From contig JAJPIU010000026.1 in assembly GCA_021324535.1 (NCBI GenBank), positions 14,093 through 78,092 of the forward strand: 64,000 bases of DNA, read 5' to 3'. The translations under genes were made by a program, and so were the position numbers. The notes under the pieces are model-generated. The model did not search any database. It saw nothing but the letters and a program-made list of their open reading frames with translations, and was not told the DNA's origin. Below are positions 1 to 8,159 of the stretch, one piece after another. The stretch's first letter is position 1. Every line of letters starts with the position of its first letter. Origin of the DNA: Pseudomonadota bacterium. Its GTDB lineage: Bacteria > Chloroflexota > Ktedonobacteria > Ktedonobacterales > JADMIN01.

Positions 1-371
1 GTGAACGAGAGCGCGATGACGAAGAGATAGGCGGCAAGGGCAAGGAAGAGACTGAGCGCCTGGGGTTCGCGCCGCCAGAGGCGCGCCAGCCAGCCGCGCA
101 GATCGGCAAGCCCTGCGCGCAGGCCATCACGCTGCCAGAGTGTTCCCCAAAAGTAGCCGCGAATCTGCGGACGATAGCGCGCAAGCAGGCGCCCAAACAC
201 CAGTAATGCTAGCGCGCCTACCAGCAGATCGGTCGGCCCGGCATGGAGGCCATGGATGGTGAGGGTGAAGAGTGAGCCAAAGGCCACGGCCAGCGGCAGA
301 ATGCACAACACCAACAACGGCCACTCCGCCGCCAGCCAGCGCCTTATGGCAAGCGCGCGCTGCGTATGCAA
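1..371 (-). CDS. integral membrane protein, N-terminal part only (gene runs off the left edge)
   Basis: The minus-strand frame stays open from about 410 down through base 1. It is edge-truncated, so it is absent from the ORF track. My translation from TTG 371 is LHTQRALAIRRWLAAEWPLLVLCILPLAVAFGSLFTLTIHGLHAGPTDLLVGALALLVFGRLLARYRPQIRGYFWG...LSLFLALAAYLFVIALSF, i.e. hydrophobic helices with Arg-rich loops. The start codon is unresolved and no family is assigned. Confidence 0.35.
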   Translation of the reverse strand, partial: MHTQRALAIRRWLAAEWPLLVLCILPLAVAFGSLFTLTIHGLHAGPTDLLVGALALLVFGRLLARYRPQIRGYFWGTLWQRDGLRAGLADLRGWLARLWRREPQALSLFLALAAYLFVIALSF

Positions 372-403
372 GCCAGCGGAGAGCCTGGCGCTCAGCCCAC
401 CAG

Positions 404-1513
404 TTAGCGCGACGCCTCTGCGGCGGGAAGTTGTGGCGCGTGGCGTGGCGCGTCCGGGCGTTCCTGACGCTCCTGGTGTGCGCCGTTGAGTCTGCCGACC
501 TCGGTCTTGCTGCTCTGATTGTCCGTTTTGGCCGGGCTGGCCGGAGCGGCGATCTGCCATGTGCCCTCTCGTTCCATCTCGGCGCGGAACCAGGTGATGG
601 TGCGCGCCAAACCAGCCGCAGGCGTCACCTGGGGAATCCAGCCAAGCTGCGTGCGCGCCTTCTCGATGTCGGGCTTGCGGCGTTCCGGGTCGTCCTCACG
701 CTTTGCCTCAAACACCAGGCGTGACGACGAGCCACAGAGCGAGATGACCAACTCAGCCCAGGTACGCACGCTCTCTTCATCGGGATTGCCAAGATTATAC
801 ACCTCGCCAGTGGTTCCGGGAGTAAACATCGCGCGGATCAGGCCGTCCACCAGGTCGTCCACATAGCAGATGCTGCGCGTTTGCGCGCCGGTTCCGTGGA
901 TGCTGATTGGCCGGTTCTGCAACGCCTGGGTGATGAAGTTGGGGATCATACGTCCGTCGCGCAGTTGGCTGTTGGGGCCATAGGTGTTGAAGATGCGCAC
1001 GATACGCGCGTCAACGCCGCGACGCCGCTGAAACTCGATAGTGATCGTCTCGCCGAGGCGTTTGCTCTCGTCGTAGCAGGCGCGTACGCCAATCGGGTTG
1101 ACGTTGCCCCAGTAGTCCTCGCGCTGGGGATGCACCAGCGGATCGCCGTAGGCTTCGGAGGTGGAGGCCATCAGGAAGCGCGCATTCGCCCGTTCGGCAA
1201 GCTCCAGCAGGCGCATCGTTCCCTCGGTGTTCACCCGGATCGTCTCGAAGGGGAAGTTCCAGTAGCCAACCGGGCTGGCCGGGCTGGCAAGCTGGAAGAT
1301 CGCCTCGGCGTCCTGTGCGCGCGGATCGTCGAGCGGTAGGATGACATCGTGTCGCACGAAGGTGAACTGTGGATGATCGAGCAACGGCGCGATGTTGCGC
1401 TCAGCGCCCGTCAGCAGATTGTCCACACAGACCACGTCGTGCCCTTCGTTCAGCAGACGCGCACACAAATGGGAGCCAATAAACCCTGCTCCTCCAGCGA
1501 TGAGAACCTTCAC
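404..1513 (-). CDS. UDP-glucuronate decarboxylase / UDP-xylose synthase (extended SDR, NAD-dependent epimerase/dehydratase family)
   Basis: 369-aa ORF with the Rossmann motif [10 protein letters not shown] near the N-terminus and a catalytic YxxxK (YDESK). The overall sequence is UXS-like ([21 protein letters not shown]). A C-terminal low-complexity tail of about 50 aa is atypical. Confidence 0.85.
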   Translation of the reverse strand: MKVLIAGGAGFIGSHLCARLLNEGHDVVCVDNLLTGAERNIAPLLDHPQFTFVRHDVILPLDDPRAQDAEAIFQLASPASPVGYWNFPFETIRVNTEGTMRLLELAERANARFLMASTSEAYGDPLVHPQREDYWGNVNPIGVRACYDESKRLGETITIEFQRRRGVDARIVRIFNTYGPNSQLRDGRMIPNFITQALQNRPISIHGTGAQTRSICYVDDLVDGLIRAMFTPGTTGEVYNLGNPDEESVRTWAELVISLCGSSSRLVFEAKREDDPERRKPDIEKARTQLGWIPQVTPAAGLARTITWFRAEMEREGTWQIAAPASPAKTDNQSSKTEVGRLNGAHQERQERPDAPRHAPQLPAAEASR

Positions 1514-1914
1514 ACAACCTCCACCACGCCAATGTTGCTCCTCTGATCCAACCTGGCCTCAGAGCATATGGGTACTTCTGTACATCTACCCGGTGTATGC
1601 AAGCGTATGATACCACACGGCGCATGGCAAACAGCGCCTCGCCGCAGATGATGGGCGTACACCACCTATGCGTTATGACGCACGAGCGCGGCCAGTGCAA
1701 CGCGCTGTGCCGTGAGCCAACCACTCTAAGCCCAACATATTTTACTGTAGGCCAGCCGTGCGCGCAACAACCTAAGCGTTGTGTCCTATCATGAGAATGG
1801 TTCGCCTTTCCTCATGAGAGAACTCCAAAGGTATATAATAAGAAAGCAGCCACCATTGCGTTCGTCTCAACTGAAAAGCAGTGTCCCTGTTTGCCCAGAA
1901 GGGTTGATCGAGCC

Positions 1915-1986
1915 ATGAAAAAGGTTATAGCGTTCGGCTGGTATGGAGGGAAGTACAGCCACCTCGATTGGCAAGTGGCTCCCTAG
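1915..1986 (+). pseudogene. 23-codon remnant of a D12-class (Dam-like) N6-adenine DNA methyltransferase
   Basis: ATG 1915 to TAG 1984-1986 reads MKKVIAFGWYGGKYSHLDWQVAP*. The xGGK(x5)W start resembles the N-terminus of Dam-like methylases (normally about 270 aa). It sits beside a locally AT-richer stretch (about 1790-1920). Confidence 0.3.
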
Positions 1987-2132
1987 CGTTTCCCAGAACA
2001 CTTCGCACGCTTCGCTTCATCTATAAGGACAGATGGCGCGACAGGGCATGCGACACCGCCATGACGCCATCACTCATTCAAGTCGTGAACACGTCGCATG
2101 CTCTGTCGTTTTTGGATGAAACGGGGAGGACG

Positions 2133-2753
2133 ATGCGAGAAGCCGACCACAATCCCTCTCCCGATGAAGACACGCGCTATGCCAGCTTCGTCGCGTTGCT
2201 CCCCCAGCACGGCGAGGCTATGCTACGGGTGGCTTCGGCGCTGGTAGGGCCAGCCGACGCCGAGGACGCCGCGCAGGAGGCCATCGTGCGGGCATGGCAG
2301 GCGTGGTCGTCCCTGCGCGACCCGGCTGCTGAGCGCGCCTGGCTGCTACGCATCACCGTCAATGTTTGCCGCGATTGGCGGCGCGGACGGCTGGGCACAC
2401 ACCAGCGGTTGACCACCTCGCTCGACGACTTCAGCGAAGAGGGCGCAGCAGGCAACGTCGCCACATCAGGGGATGACCCTGGGGCAAGCGACCACTCGAA
2501 CGCGCTCGACCTGCGCTGGGCCGTCAACACGCTTGGCGACGACCTGCGGATGATCGTGCTGCTGCGCTACTACGCAGGAATGGACACCACTGCGGTTGGC
2601 GCGGCGCTCGATCTGCCCCCGGCCACCGTGCGCACACGGCTCAAGCGCGCGTTGGGCATGCTGCGCGAGCGGCTTGCCGGGCCTGAAGAGCGTAGCGAAG
2701 GTTTGGCTTCGGATTCCCCGCACGAACGTCAGCAGTCGGAAGGGAGGCGCTAG
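2133..2753 (+). CDS. ECF-type RNA polymerase sigma-70 factor
   Basis: ORF 1968-2753. The best start is ATG 2133, preceded by GGAGGA (2125-2130). Region 2 is present (DAEDAAQEAIVRAWQAW, RITVNVCRDWRR), as is the region 4 HTH (LLRYYAGMDTTAVGAALDLPPATVRTRLKRAL). Confidence 0.85.
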   Translation: MREADHNPSPDEDTRYASFVALLPQHGEAMLRVASALVGPADAEDAAQEAIVRAWQAWSSLRDPAAERAWLLRITVNVCRDWRRGRLGTHQRLTTSLDDFSEEGAAGNVATSGDDPGASDHSNALDLRWAVNTLGDDLRMIVLLRYYAGMDTTAVGAALDLPPATVRTRLKRALGMLRERLAGPEERSEGLASDSPHERQQSEGRR

Positions 2754-4532
2754 ATGGCTGGATGGCCACATGATGAGGAGCAGAATGCGCTCACGCCTGC
2801 CGAGCAACAATTGCATCGCCACCTGCTGGCGGATGGCGCGGCATGGCGGCGGCGCGCCGAGCCAACGCTGCCTAGCCCTGGCGCGTTCGTCTCGCGGGCG
2901 CAGCAACGCCTGGATCGCGAGCGTGCACAATCTTCGGCAGTGTCCCCGACGGACGCCATGGTGACGCCAGACGCGCTGAATCACCATGATACACACACGC
3001 TTACCGAATACACCGAGCACTCGCGCGTCGGGCTGCCAGCCAATCGGCCGGTTGAGACCCAACGCGCTGACTCGCCGAAAGGTTTATATCGTATGTCTTC
3101 GACACAGACTATCCCACCACCAGCGACGCCACATCCCGCACGCAGACGCTTCGCGGGGGGGCTGGCGGGCGCAGTGGCGCTGGTCATTGTGGCGCTGCTG
3201 GCGGCCACGCTGGCCTATGCGCTGCACACCCGGCAGAACACGTCGGCGGCCACTACCCATCACACCGCGAAAGCGACACCAACTGTTGCGCCAACTGCTC
3301 TACCAACTCAGCCACCAGCGCCAACGAGCGTCAGGACGCCGTATAACCAACCGGGTGGGTTTGAGATCGCGCCAAGCGACCCGCAGATCGTCTACCTTAC
3401 AACGTATGCCAACTATTCGAACCCACAGTCCGGCGTCATTCTGCGGTCGAACGATGGCGGCCGAACATTTACGCAACTGCCTACGCCTCCCACTATCCTG
3501 GGCAGTGGGACACAGTTCACCGTCGCCGTCAGCCCGCTTGACGCCAACCATGTGTTCGCGATGGTCACAAACAGCCCCCTCGTTATCGGGACAAATTGCC
3601 CGCCAGGCACAGCCAGCGAAAACCGCGCCGATGGAGCTACCGGTTATTCCCAACTCACCGAACTTTCCGCCCCATCGTGTCTTCAAAGCTTTTACAGTTT
3701 GGATGGTGGTCAGTCGTGGAGTGTCCTCAATCTGCCCTATGGAGGAGGGCTTGGCAATGCTGAAAGCTCGTCGCAAGTAGACATAGGAACCATTCAGGCG
3801 CAAGGCTCTCGGTTGTACGCGCTGGGTGGGCTAGGCTTCAATAGCAGGTACACCAATAATATCATCCAACACCTGCTGACCAGCGCGGATGGCGGGGCAA
3901 GCTGGCAGGTGGCTGATGCCAAATTACCTGGCAGCATCTGTGACTTTGCCGCAACGCCAACCGGCAGCACGCTCTACGCCGTTGTGTATCCAGGGTTCGC
4001 TTCATTCAACGGAAACTGTGGGGGAAACATGAGTGGCCTGGTGTTGTCACTCTGGCGGAGCGACAATGCAGGCGTCAGTTGGGGTAAGATGTACACCTTC
4101 TCTGACCTGACTAAAACCGCCGAGTACGGCATGAGGGTAGCGGAAAATGGCACGCTGTACATCGATTGGCCTGAGAGTCCGCCAACTGGTAATCCTGCCA
4201 CGGTCAACGAGCTTATCGTCTCGCAGGACGATGGCCACTCATTTACACGCCTTCCTCTGAAGGGCCTGTCCGCTCACTATAACAATTTGTATCTGGCAGG
4301 GACACTCAGCGATGGCTCAGTGCTGATTGCAGATCAGGTCAATCCTATTAACTTTGGCCAGGGACAGGGTGAGTTTTACGCCTGGCGTCCAGGTGATACA
4401 TCCTTGCGGAAGGTAAGTCGCCTGTTCCCAAATCCTGCTGTCGCTGTGGTGGTTATCCCACATGATGCCAAAGATACCATCTACCTTGTGCAGTACAATG
4501 GGGTGATCAGCCACTTCACCATCAGCGCCTAG
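2754..4532 (+). CDS. putative anti-sigma factor: single-pass membrane protein with extracytoplasmic BNR/Asp-box beta-propeller
   Basis: ATG 2754 abuts the sigma stop (TAGATG). There is one TM (FAGGLAGAVALVIVALLAATLAYAL), then five Asp-box-like motifs (SNDGGRTF, SLDGGQSW, SADGGASW, SDNAGVSW, SQDDGHSF). Position and topology fit an anti-sigma factor, but no zinc-binding anti-sigma motif was seen. Confidence 0.65.
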   Translation: MAGWPHDEEQNALTPAEQQLHRHLLADGAAWRRRAEPTLPSPGAFVSRAQQRLDRERAQSSAVSPTDAMVTPDALNHHDTHTLTEYTEHSRVGLPANRPVETQRADSPKGLYRMSSTQTIPPPATPHPARRRFAGGLAGAVALVIVALLAATLAYALHTRQNTSAATTHHTAKATPTVAPTALPTQPPAPTSVRTPYNQPGGFEIAPSDPQIVYLTTYANYSNPQSGVILRSNDGGRTFTQLPTPPTILGSGTQFTVAVSPLDANHVFAMVTNSPLVIGTNCPPGTASENRADGATGYSQLTELSAPSCLQSFYSLDGGQSWSVLNLPYGGGLGNAESSSQVDIGTIQAQGSRLYALGGLGFNSRYTNNIIQHLLTSADGGASWQVADAKLPGSICDFAATPTGSTLYAVVYPGFASFNGNCGGNMSGLVLSLWRSDNAGVSWGKMYTFSDLTKTAEYGMRVAENGTLYIDWPESPPTGNPATVNELIVSQDDGHSFTRLPLKGLSAHYNNLYLAGTLSDGSVLIADQVNPINFGQGQGEFYAWRPGDTSLRKVSRLFPNPAVAVVVIPHDAKDTIYLVQYNGVISHFTISA

Positions 4533-4552
4533 CGGACAAACCTATCCCCCAC

Positions 4553-4594
4553 CCCCCTTCCTAATCTATGGGATCTATGGGAAGGGGGCTTTTG
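4553..4594 (+). terminator. hairpin plus T-rich tail after the anti-sigma gene (member of the C5TTCC/GGAAG5 hairpin family)
   Basis: The arms are CCCCCTTCC (4553-4561) and GGAAGGGGG (4580-4588). The 18-nt loop contains ATCTATGGG twice in tandem. It is followed by CTTTTGT and lies 21 nt after the stop at 4532. Confidence 0.5.
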
Positions 4595-4714
4595 TATGGC
4601 GCTCCGGTTGCAATTCTCCCGCTTCAAGCGTTTTACCGATGGGTAGCAAAACATGAGAACGGCGCTGGCGCCGGTGAGCCGGATCGGCAATCTCAGAGGA
4701 GAGGGAGAGAAGGT

Positions 4715-5204
4715 ATGGCAGACAACCAGGATACATCGAGCGAGGAGAACACTGGTGGCGCCCAGAGGGGCATGAGCGACATGCCCACTTCGCGCAGGCG
4801 TGTCTCGGGGCTGGTGAGTATAGCAATCATTCTCGTTCTTGTCGTGGCGATTGTCGCGACGTGTGTATTTGGCGCTGCCACGCTCTGAAGAGCCATGCGC
4901 CTCCTTTGCCAGGTGTATTACGCCAACCACGACCACCATCAGCAAAGCCGCCTCGCCAAATGGTGGCGGTATGTCTGGCCTGCTGGGGTTGCTTGACGAC
5001 GGCTCGATCCTCACGTCAACCACCAGCCATGCGATGACGGGCGACCACACGACGTTTTACGCCTGGCAGGCGGGTCAGACCTCCTGGCGGCAGGTGGGGC
5101 CGCAGATCAGGGGTGGCATCGTCTCGGTGGTAGTGGCGATCCACGGGCAGGCGAGTATCGTTTGGTATGGAGGAAGCGGCAGGATAAACCACTTCGCAGC
5201 GTGA
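4715..5204 (+). pseudogene. frameshifted mini-paralog of the upstream anti-sigma/propeller protein (TM segment plus last propeller blade only)
   Basis: Frame A (ATG 4715, SD GAGGGAGAGAAGG) gives MADNQ...RRRVSGLVSIAIILVLVVAIVATCVFGAATL* (stop 4886-4888). Frame B (to 5204) gives ...GLLDDGSILTSTTSHAMTGDHTTFYAWQAGQTSWRQVGPQIRGGIVSVVVAIHGQASIVWYGGSGRINHFAA. This aligns with the C-terminus of the 2754-4532 protein (GTLSDGSVLIAD...EFYAWRPGDTSLRKVSRLFPNPAVAVVVIPHDAKDTIYLVQYNGVISHFTISA). Confidence 0.45.
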
Positions 5205-5218
5205 TGAACATCCTGGAT

Positions 5219-5794
5219 TTAGAGCACGGCCATGACGGCTTTGCAGATCGCACGGAGTGTGGCGAAGACGCCCTCGCCAGTGGTGGCGCAGGCCGGAAAC
5301 GCCGGAACATGCCGCCGGTTGAGGTAGCGGTCGAGCGTCGCCACGGGTACGGCGTTGGGCAGGTCACGCTTGTTCCATTGCATCACAAACGGGAACGAGC
5401 CGAGGTCTTTGCCCATCCGTCGCATGTTCGTCTCAAGCTCGATGAGGTTCTGGAAGTTCTCTTCGAGTTTCTCCGGCGAGGAATCGGCGACAAAGACAAC
5501 GCCGTCCACGCCGTTGAGCACGGCGACGCGCGTGCGCTCATAGAGCACCTGCCCCGGCACGGTATAGAGCGCGAACTGAACTCGAAAGCCATGAACCGTT
5601 CCCAGGTCAATCGGCAGGAAGTCGAAAAAGAGCGTGCGCTCGTTCTCGGTAGCAATCGAGCGCATCGCTCCGTGCGCCCTGGCGGGCGCATGCCCGTAGA
5701 TGTAGTGCAGGTTCGTCGTTTTGCCACAGAAGCCCGTGCCATAGTAGACGATCTTGCATTGTATCTCACGGTTCGCGACGTTGATCAGGGCCAT
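5219..5794 (-). CDS. mglA: Ras-like small GTPase MglA
   Basis: Start ATG 5794 (MALINVANREIQCKIVYYGTGFCGKTTNL...). The sequence is near-colinear with Myxococcus MglA as I recall it: KIVYYGxGxCGKTTNL, RTLFFDFLP, LYTVPGQV, GVDGVVFVADS, QWNKRDLPNAV. Confidence 0.93.
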   Translation of the reverse strand: MALINVANREIQCKIVYYGTGFCGKTTNLHYIYGHAPARAHGAMRSIATENERTLFFDFLPIDLGTVHGFRVQFALYTVPGQVLYERTRVAVLNGVDGVVFVADSSPEKLEENFQNLIELETNMRRMGKDLGSFPFVMQWNKRDLPNAVPVATLDRYLNRRHVPAFPACATTGEGVFATLRAICKAVMAVL

Positions 5795-5813
5795 ATATCC
5801 GCCTCGCGTGTCT

Positions 5814-5846
5814 GCTTCGCCTGTATGCTTCGCCTGTATGCTTCGC
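5814..5846. repeat. 13-bp tandem repeat x2.5 (GCTTCGCCTGTAT) in the mglB-mglA spacer
   Basis: Read directly: gcttcgcctgtat gcttcgcctgtat gcttcgc. It lies between the mglB stop (5848-5850) and the mglA start (5794). Confidence 0.9.
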
Positions 5847-5847
5847 G

Positions 5848-6360
5848 TCAATCCTGGAAGAGCAGATCAATCGTGTTGGAGACGGAATCGCGGAATTGCA
5901 CGCTGACCACCTGCTCTCTGGCCTGCGCGCTGCCCTGACGCACCCGCTGAAGGATACGCTCAAGCTCCTCGGAGGCTTTGCGCGCCAGCACCTTCACCAG
6001 CCCCACATGTGTCTGCTTATCGAAGACGACCACCAATAGCCATTGCTCGCCGATCATCAGCGTATAGATGCTTTCATACGCTCCCTGCTGGTAGATCGCG
6101 CGGAAGTCGCGTTCGCCAAGAATCTCGGCGACCTGGCGCGAGGACGAGAACGCGCCCGCCAGCAACGCCCCCAACGCAATGAGATCGCGCTGGGGGCCTG
6201 ATCCCTGGGCGGAAATCAACTGGCCGCTTTTATCGAGCAGCAGGGTATGCCCGGCGTTTGTATCGAGCGCCAGGCGGCCCAATGTGCGCGCAATGTTTGT
6301 CAATTCGCCCTCGGCCACCACCAGGTTTGTCAGTTGCTCCATATCGCTCTCCCCGGACAT
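5848..6360 (-). CDS. mglB: Roadblock/LC7-domain protein MglB (MglA GAP)
   Basis: ORF 5848-6390; the start is probably ATG 6360 or 6342. The sequence is Roadblock/LC7-like (LALDTNAGHTLLLDKSGQLISAQG...ALLAGAFSSSRQVAEILGE...LLVVVFD) and sits immediately upstream of mglA, as in the classical mglBA operon. Confidence 0.8.
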   Translation of the reverse strand: MSGESDMEQLTNLVVAEGELTNIARTLGRLALDTNAGHTLLLDKSGQLISAQGSGPQRDLIALGALLAGAFSSSRQVAEILGERDFRAIYQQGAYESIYTLMIGEQWLLVVVFDKQTHVGLVKVLARKASEELERILQRVRQGSAQAREQVVSVQFRDSVSNTIDLLFQD

Positions 6361-6426
6361 AAGCGTCCACCGACCCGCTCTTGCGTCCATTATACGAACA
6401 TGCGCAACGGTCTGACCAGATGGCTA

Positions 6427-7887
6427 TCAATAGCTCCCAGGGATGGTGGGTGCGTCATCGCCGAAATTGGGCGCCACCGGCGGCGCCGCTGGCGAGGCTG
6501 GTGTTGTGGGCGTGACGCCAGCGCCAGGAAGGCCCGCCGTTTGTGAGCCATCCCAGGTAGGCAAGACACGCCAATCGGGCGGGGTATTCGCGCCTGTGGT
6601 TCCCGTGCCTGTGATGGGCGTATAGCCACCGGGAGGTGTGTAAGAGCCAGACGGGGTCGAGACCGGCGCGCCATAATTGCCATAATTGGCATAGGCCCCG
6701 TAGCCGCCAGAGCCGCCTTCAACGGCTGGCGGAGGGGCGCGTCGAGCGCCGGTTGGGCCGACTGCGCCACGACGACGTATCAGCATGTAGAGGCCTGCCG
6801 CCAGCGCGATGAGCAGCACAACCACTGCGACAACAATCCCGATGACATAAGGCGTGGTATCTGAGCCGCCAGTGTTTGTTCCTGTGGTGTTCGTTCCCGT
6901 CGTCGAACCGCCGCCCGTGGCTGTGGTTGGCTGCGTGGTCGCCGTCGCCGCCTGGGGGGTGTTTGTCGCGGGCGTCGTCGGGTTGGGTGTCGCGGTGGCT
7001 GGCGCGTTGACCGTCAGCGAGACAGCCCCACCGATGAGCCCAACATCGAGGACGCCGTTTTGCGTGAAGGCGGTCGCCACATATGTCCCAGGCGATGTAT
7101 TGCTAGGGAGATTGAGCGTCACCGAGAAATTGCCCGAGGCGTCGGAGTTTGTAGTGGTCATGACGAGCGGCGTCGCGCCACAGTTATGACAGGTGGCGAT
7201 CAGCACGTTGACCGTCTGTGTCGGGACAAAGTTCGAGCCGGTGATGGTGACGCTACCGCCGGGGTTGAGTTGTGTTGAGGAAAGCTGAATGGCGGGTGGA
7301 CTGGCGCTGAGCACAGAGAACGGGCCGCTATCCTGGTTGCTGACTACACTGCCGTTTGACGGATCGAGCGCGCACACGCTATACTGCCCGGAACTCGCGT
7401 CGCTGGGCCAGGTGAAGCCAAGCGCAAATGTGCCGTCACTCTGAATCACCACATCGTTTGCAATAGTGACATCGCCGCTGCTCTGACAAACCGACGCATC
7501 GGCGTTGGAATCGCCGGGGGCCAGCACAACATTCACGGTTGCGCCGGGGGTGAACCCAACGCCATTGACCTTCGACTGTTCGCCAACCGGCCCCTCTGGG
7601 TTGCCGTTGTTCTGCCCAGAGTAGATCATGCTGCTATCCCAGTTGATGGCAGGCCCATTGCCTGAGAGGTGGCTGGCGCTACGCTGCGAGGCTGCTTGCG
7701 CGACAGGAACCGAGAGGCTTGCCATGCCGAAAAGCCCCAGTAGCGCGCCAAGCGCGAACACAAGGCATGTCAGCGACCTGAGCGCAAGCCACTGACGCCT
7801 GAAACGAACGGGTGATGTCGTTGAATGCCGGAGGCGCGGCGCTCTGGCCAGCGTATTTGACGCCCTCGATGACCGATGAACAGGCAT
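6427..7887 (-). CDS. single-pass membrane protein: two Ig-like ectodomains, Thr/Pro linker, TM, Gly/Tyr/Pro-rich cytoplasmic tail
   Basis: Start ATG 7887 with SD AAGGAGGAATCATT. Features in order: signal-anchor (LTCLVFALGALLGLFGMASL), repeated beta-rich segments (GFTPGATVNVVLAPG / GGSVTITGSNFVPTQTVNVLIA), linker TATPNPTTPATNTPQAATATTQPTT, TM (YVIGIVVAVVVLLIALAAGLYML), and tail GGSGGYGAYANYGNYGAP.... It is co-directional with mglB, 66 nt upstream. Confidence 0.7.
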   Translation of the reverse strand: MPVHRSSRASNTLARAPRLRHSTTSPVRFRRQWLALRSLTCLVFALGALLGLFGMASLSVPVAQAASQRSASHLSGNGPAINWDSSMIYSGQNNGNPEGPVGEQSKVNGVGFTPGATVNVVLAPGDSNADASVCQSSGDVTIANDVVIQSDGTFALGFTWPSDASSGQYSVCALDPSNGSVVSNQDSGPFSVLSASPPAIQLSSTQLNPGGSVTITGSNFVPTQTVNVLIATCHNCGATPLVMTTTNSDASGNFSVTLNLPSNTSPGTYVATAFTQNGVLDVGLIGGAVSLTVNAPATATPNPTTPATNTPQAATATTQPTTATGGGSTTGTNTTGTNTGGSDTTPYVIGIVVAVVVLLIALAAGLYMLIRRRGAVGPTGARRAPPPAVEGGSGGYGAYANYGNYGAPVSTPSGSYTPPGGYTPITGTGTTGANTPPDWRVLPTWDGSQTAGLPGAGVTPTTPASPAAPPVAPNFGDDAPTIPGSY

Positions 7888-8159
7888 AATGATTCCTCCT
7901 TGGCTGTGCGCGATTGCTGCGCATAGCTTGCCCCGAAAAGCCCTATGAGTAGGTGGTATCGGAAGTATATGCGACGTGTCGCAAGGTGGCAATGGGTATT
8001 CTCGTGGAGTAGGTCACATTTGCGCCTCATCTACGCGAAAGAGGGTAATTGCTCACAATCCGGCGAGTTGATCGGCCAGAACTCTCATAGGTGTAGCCAG
8101 CTACGCTCTGAGGGAGTATACTGTGTAGTGAAGGCATTTATTCTTTTTATGGAGACCGT

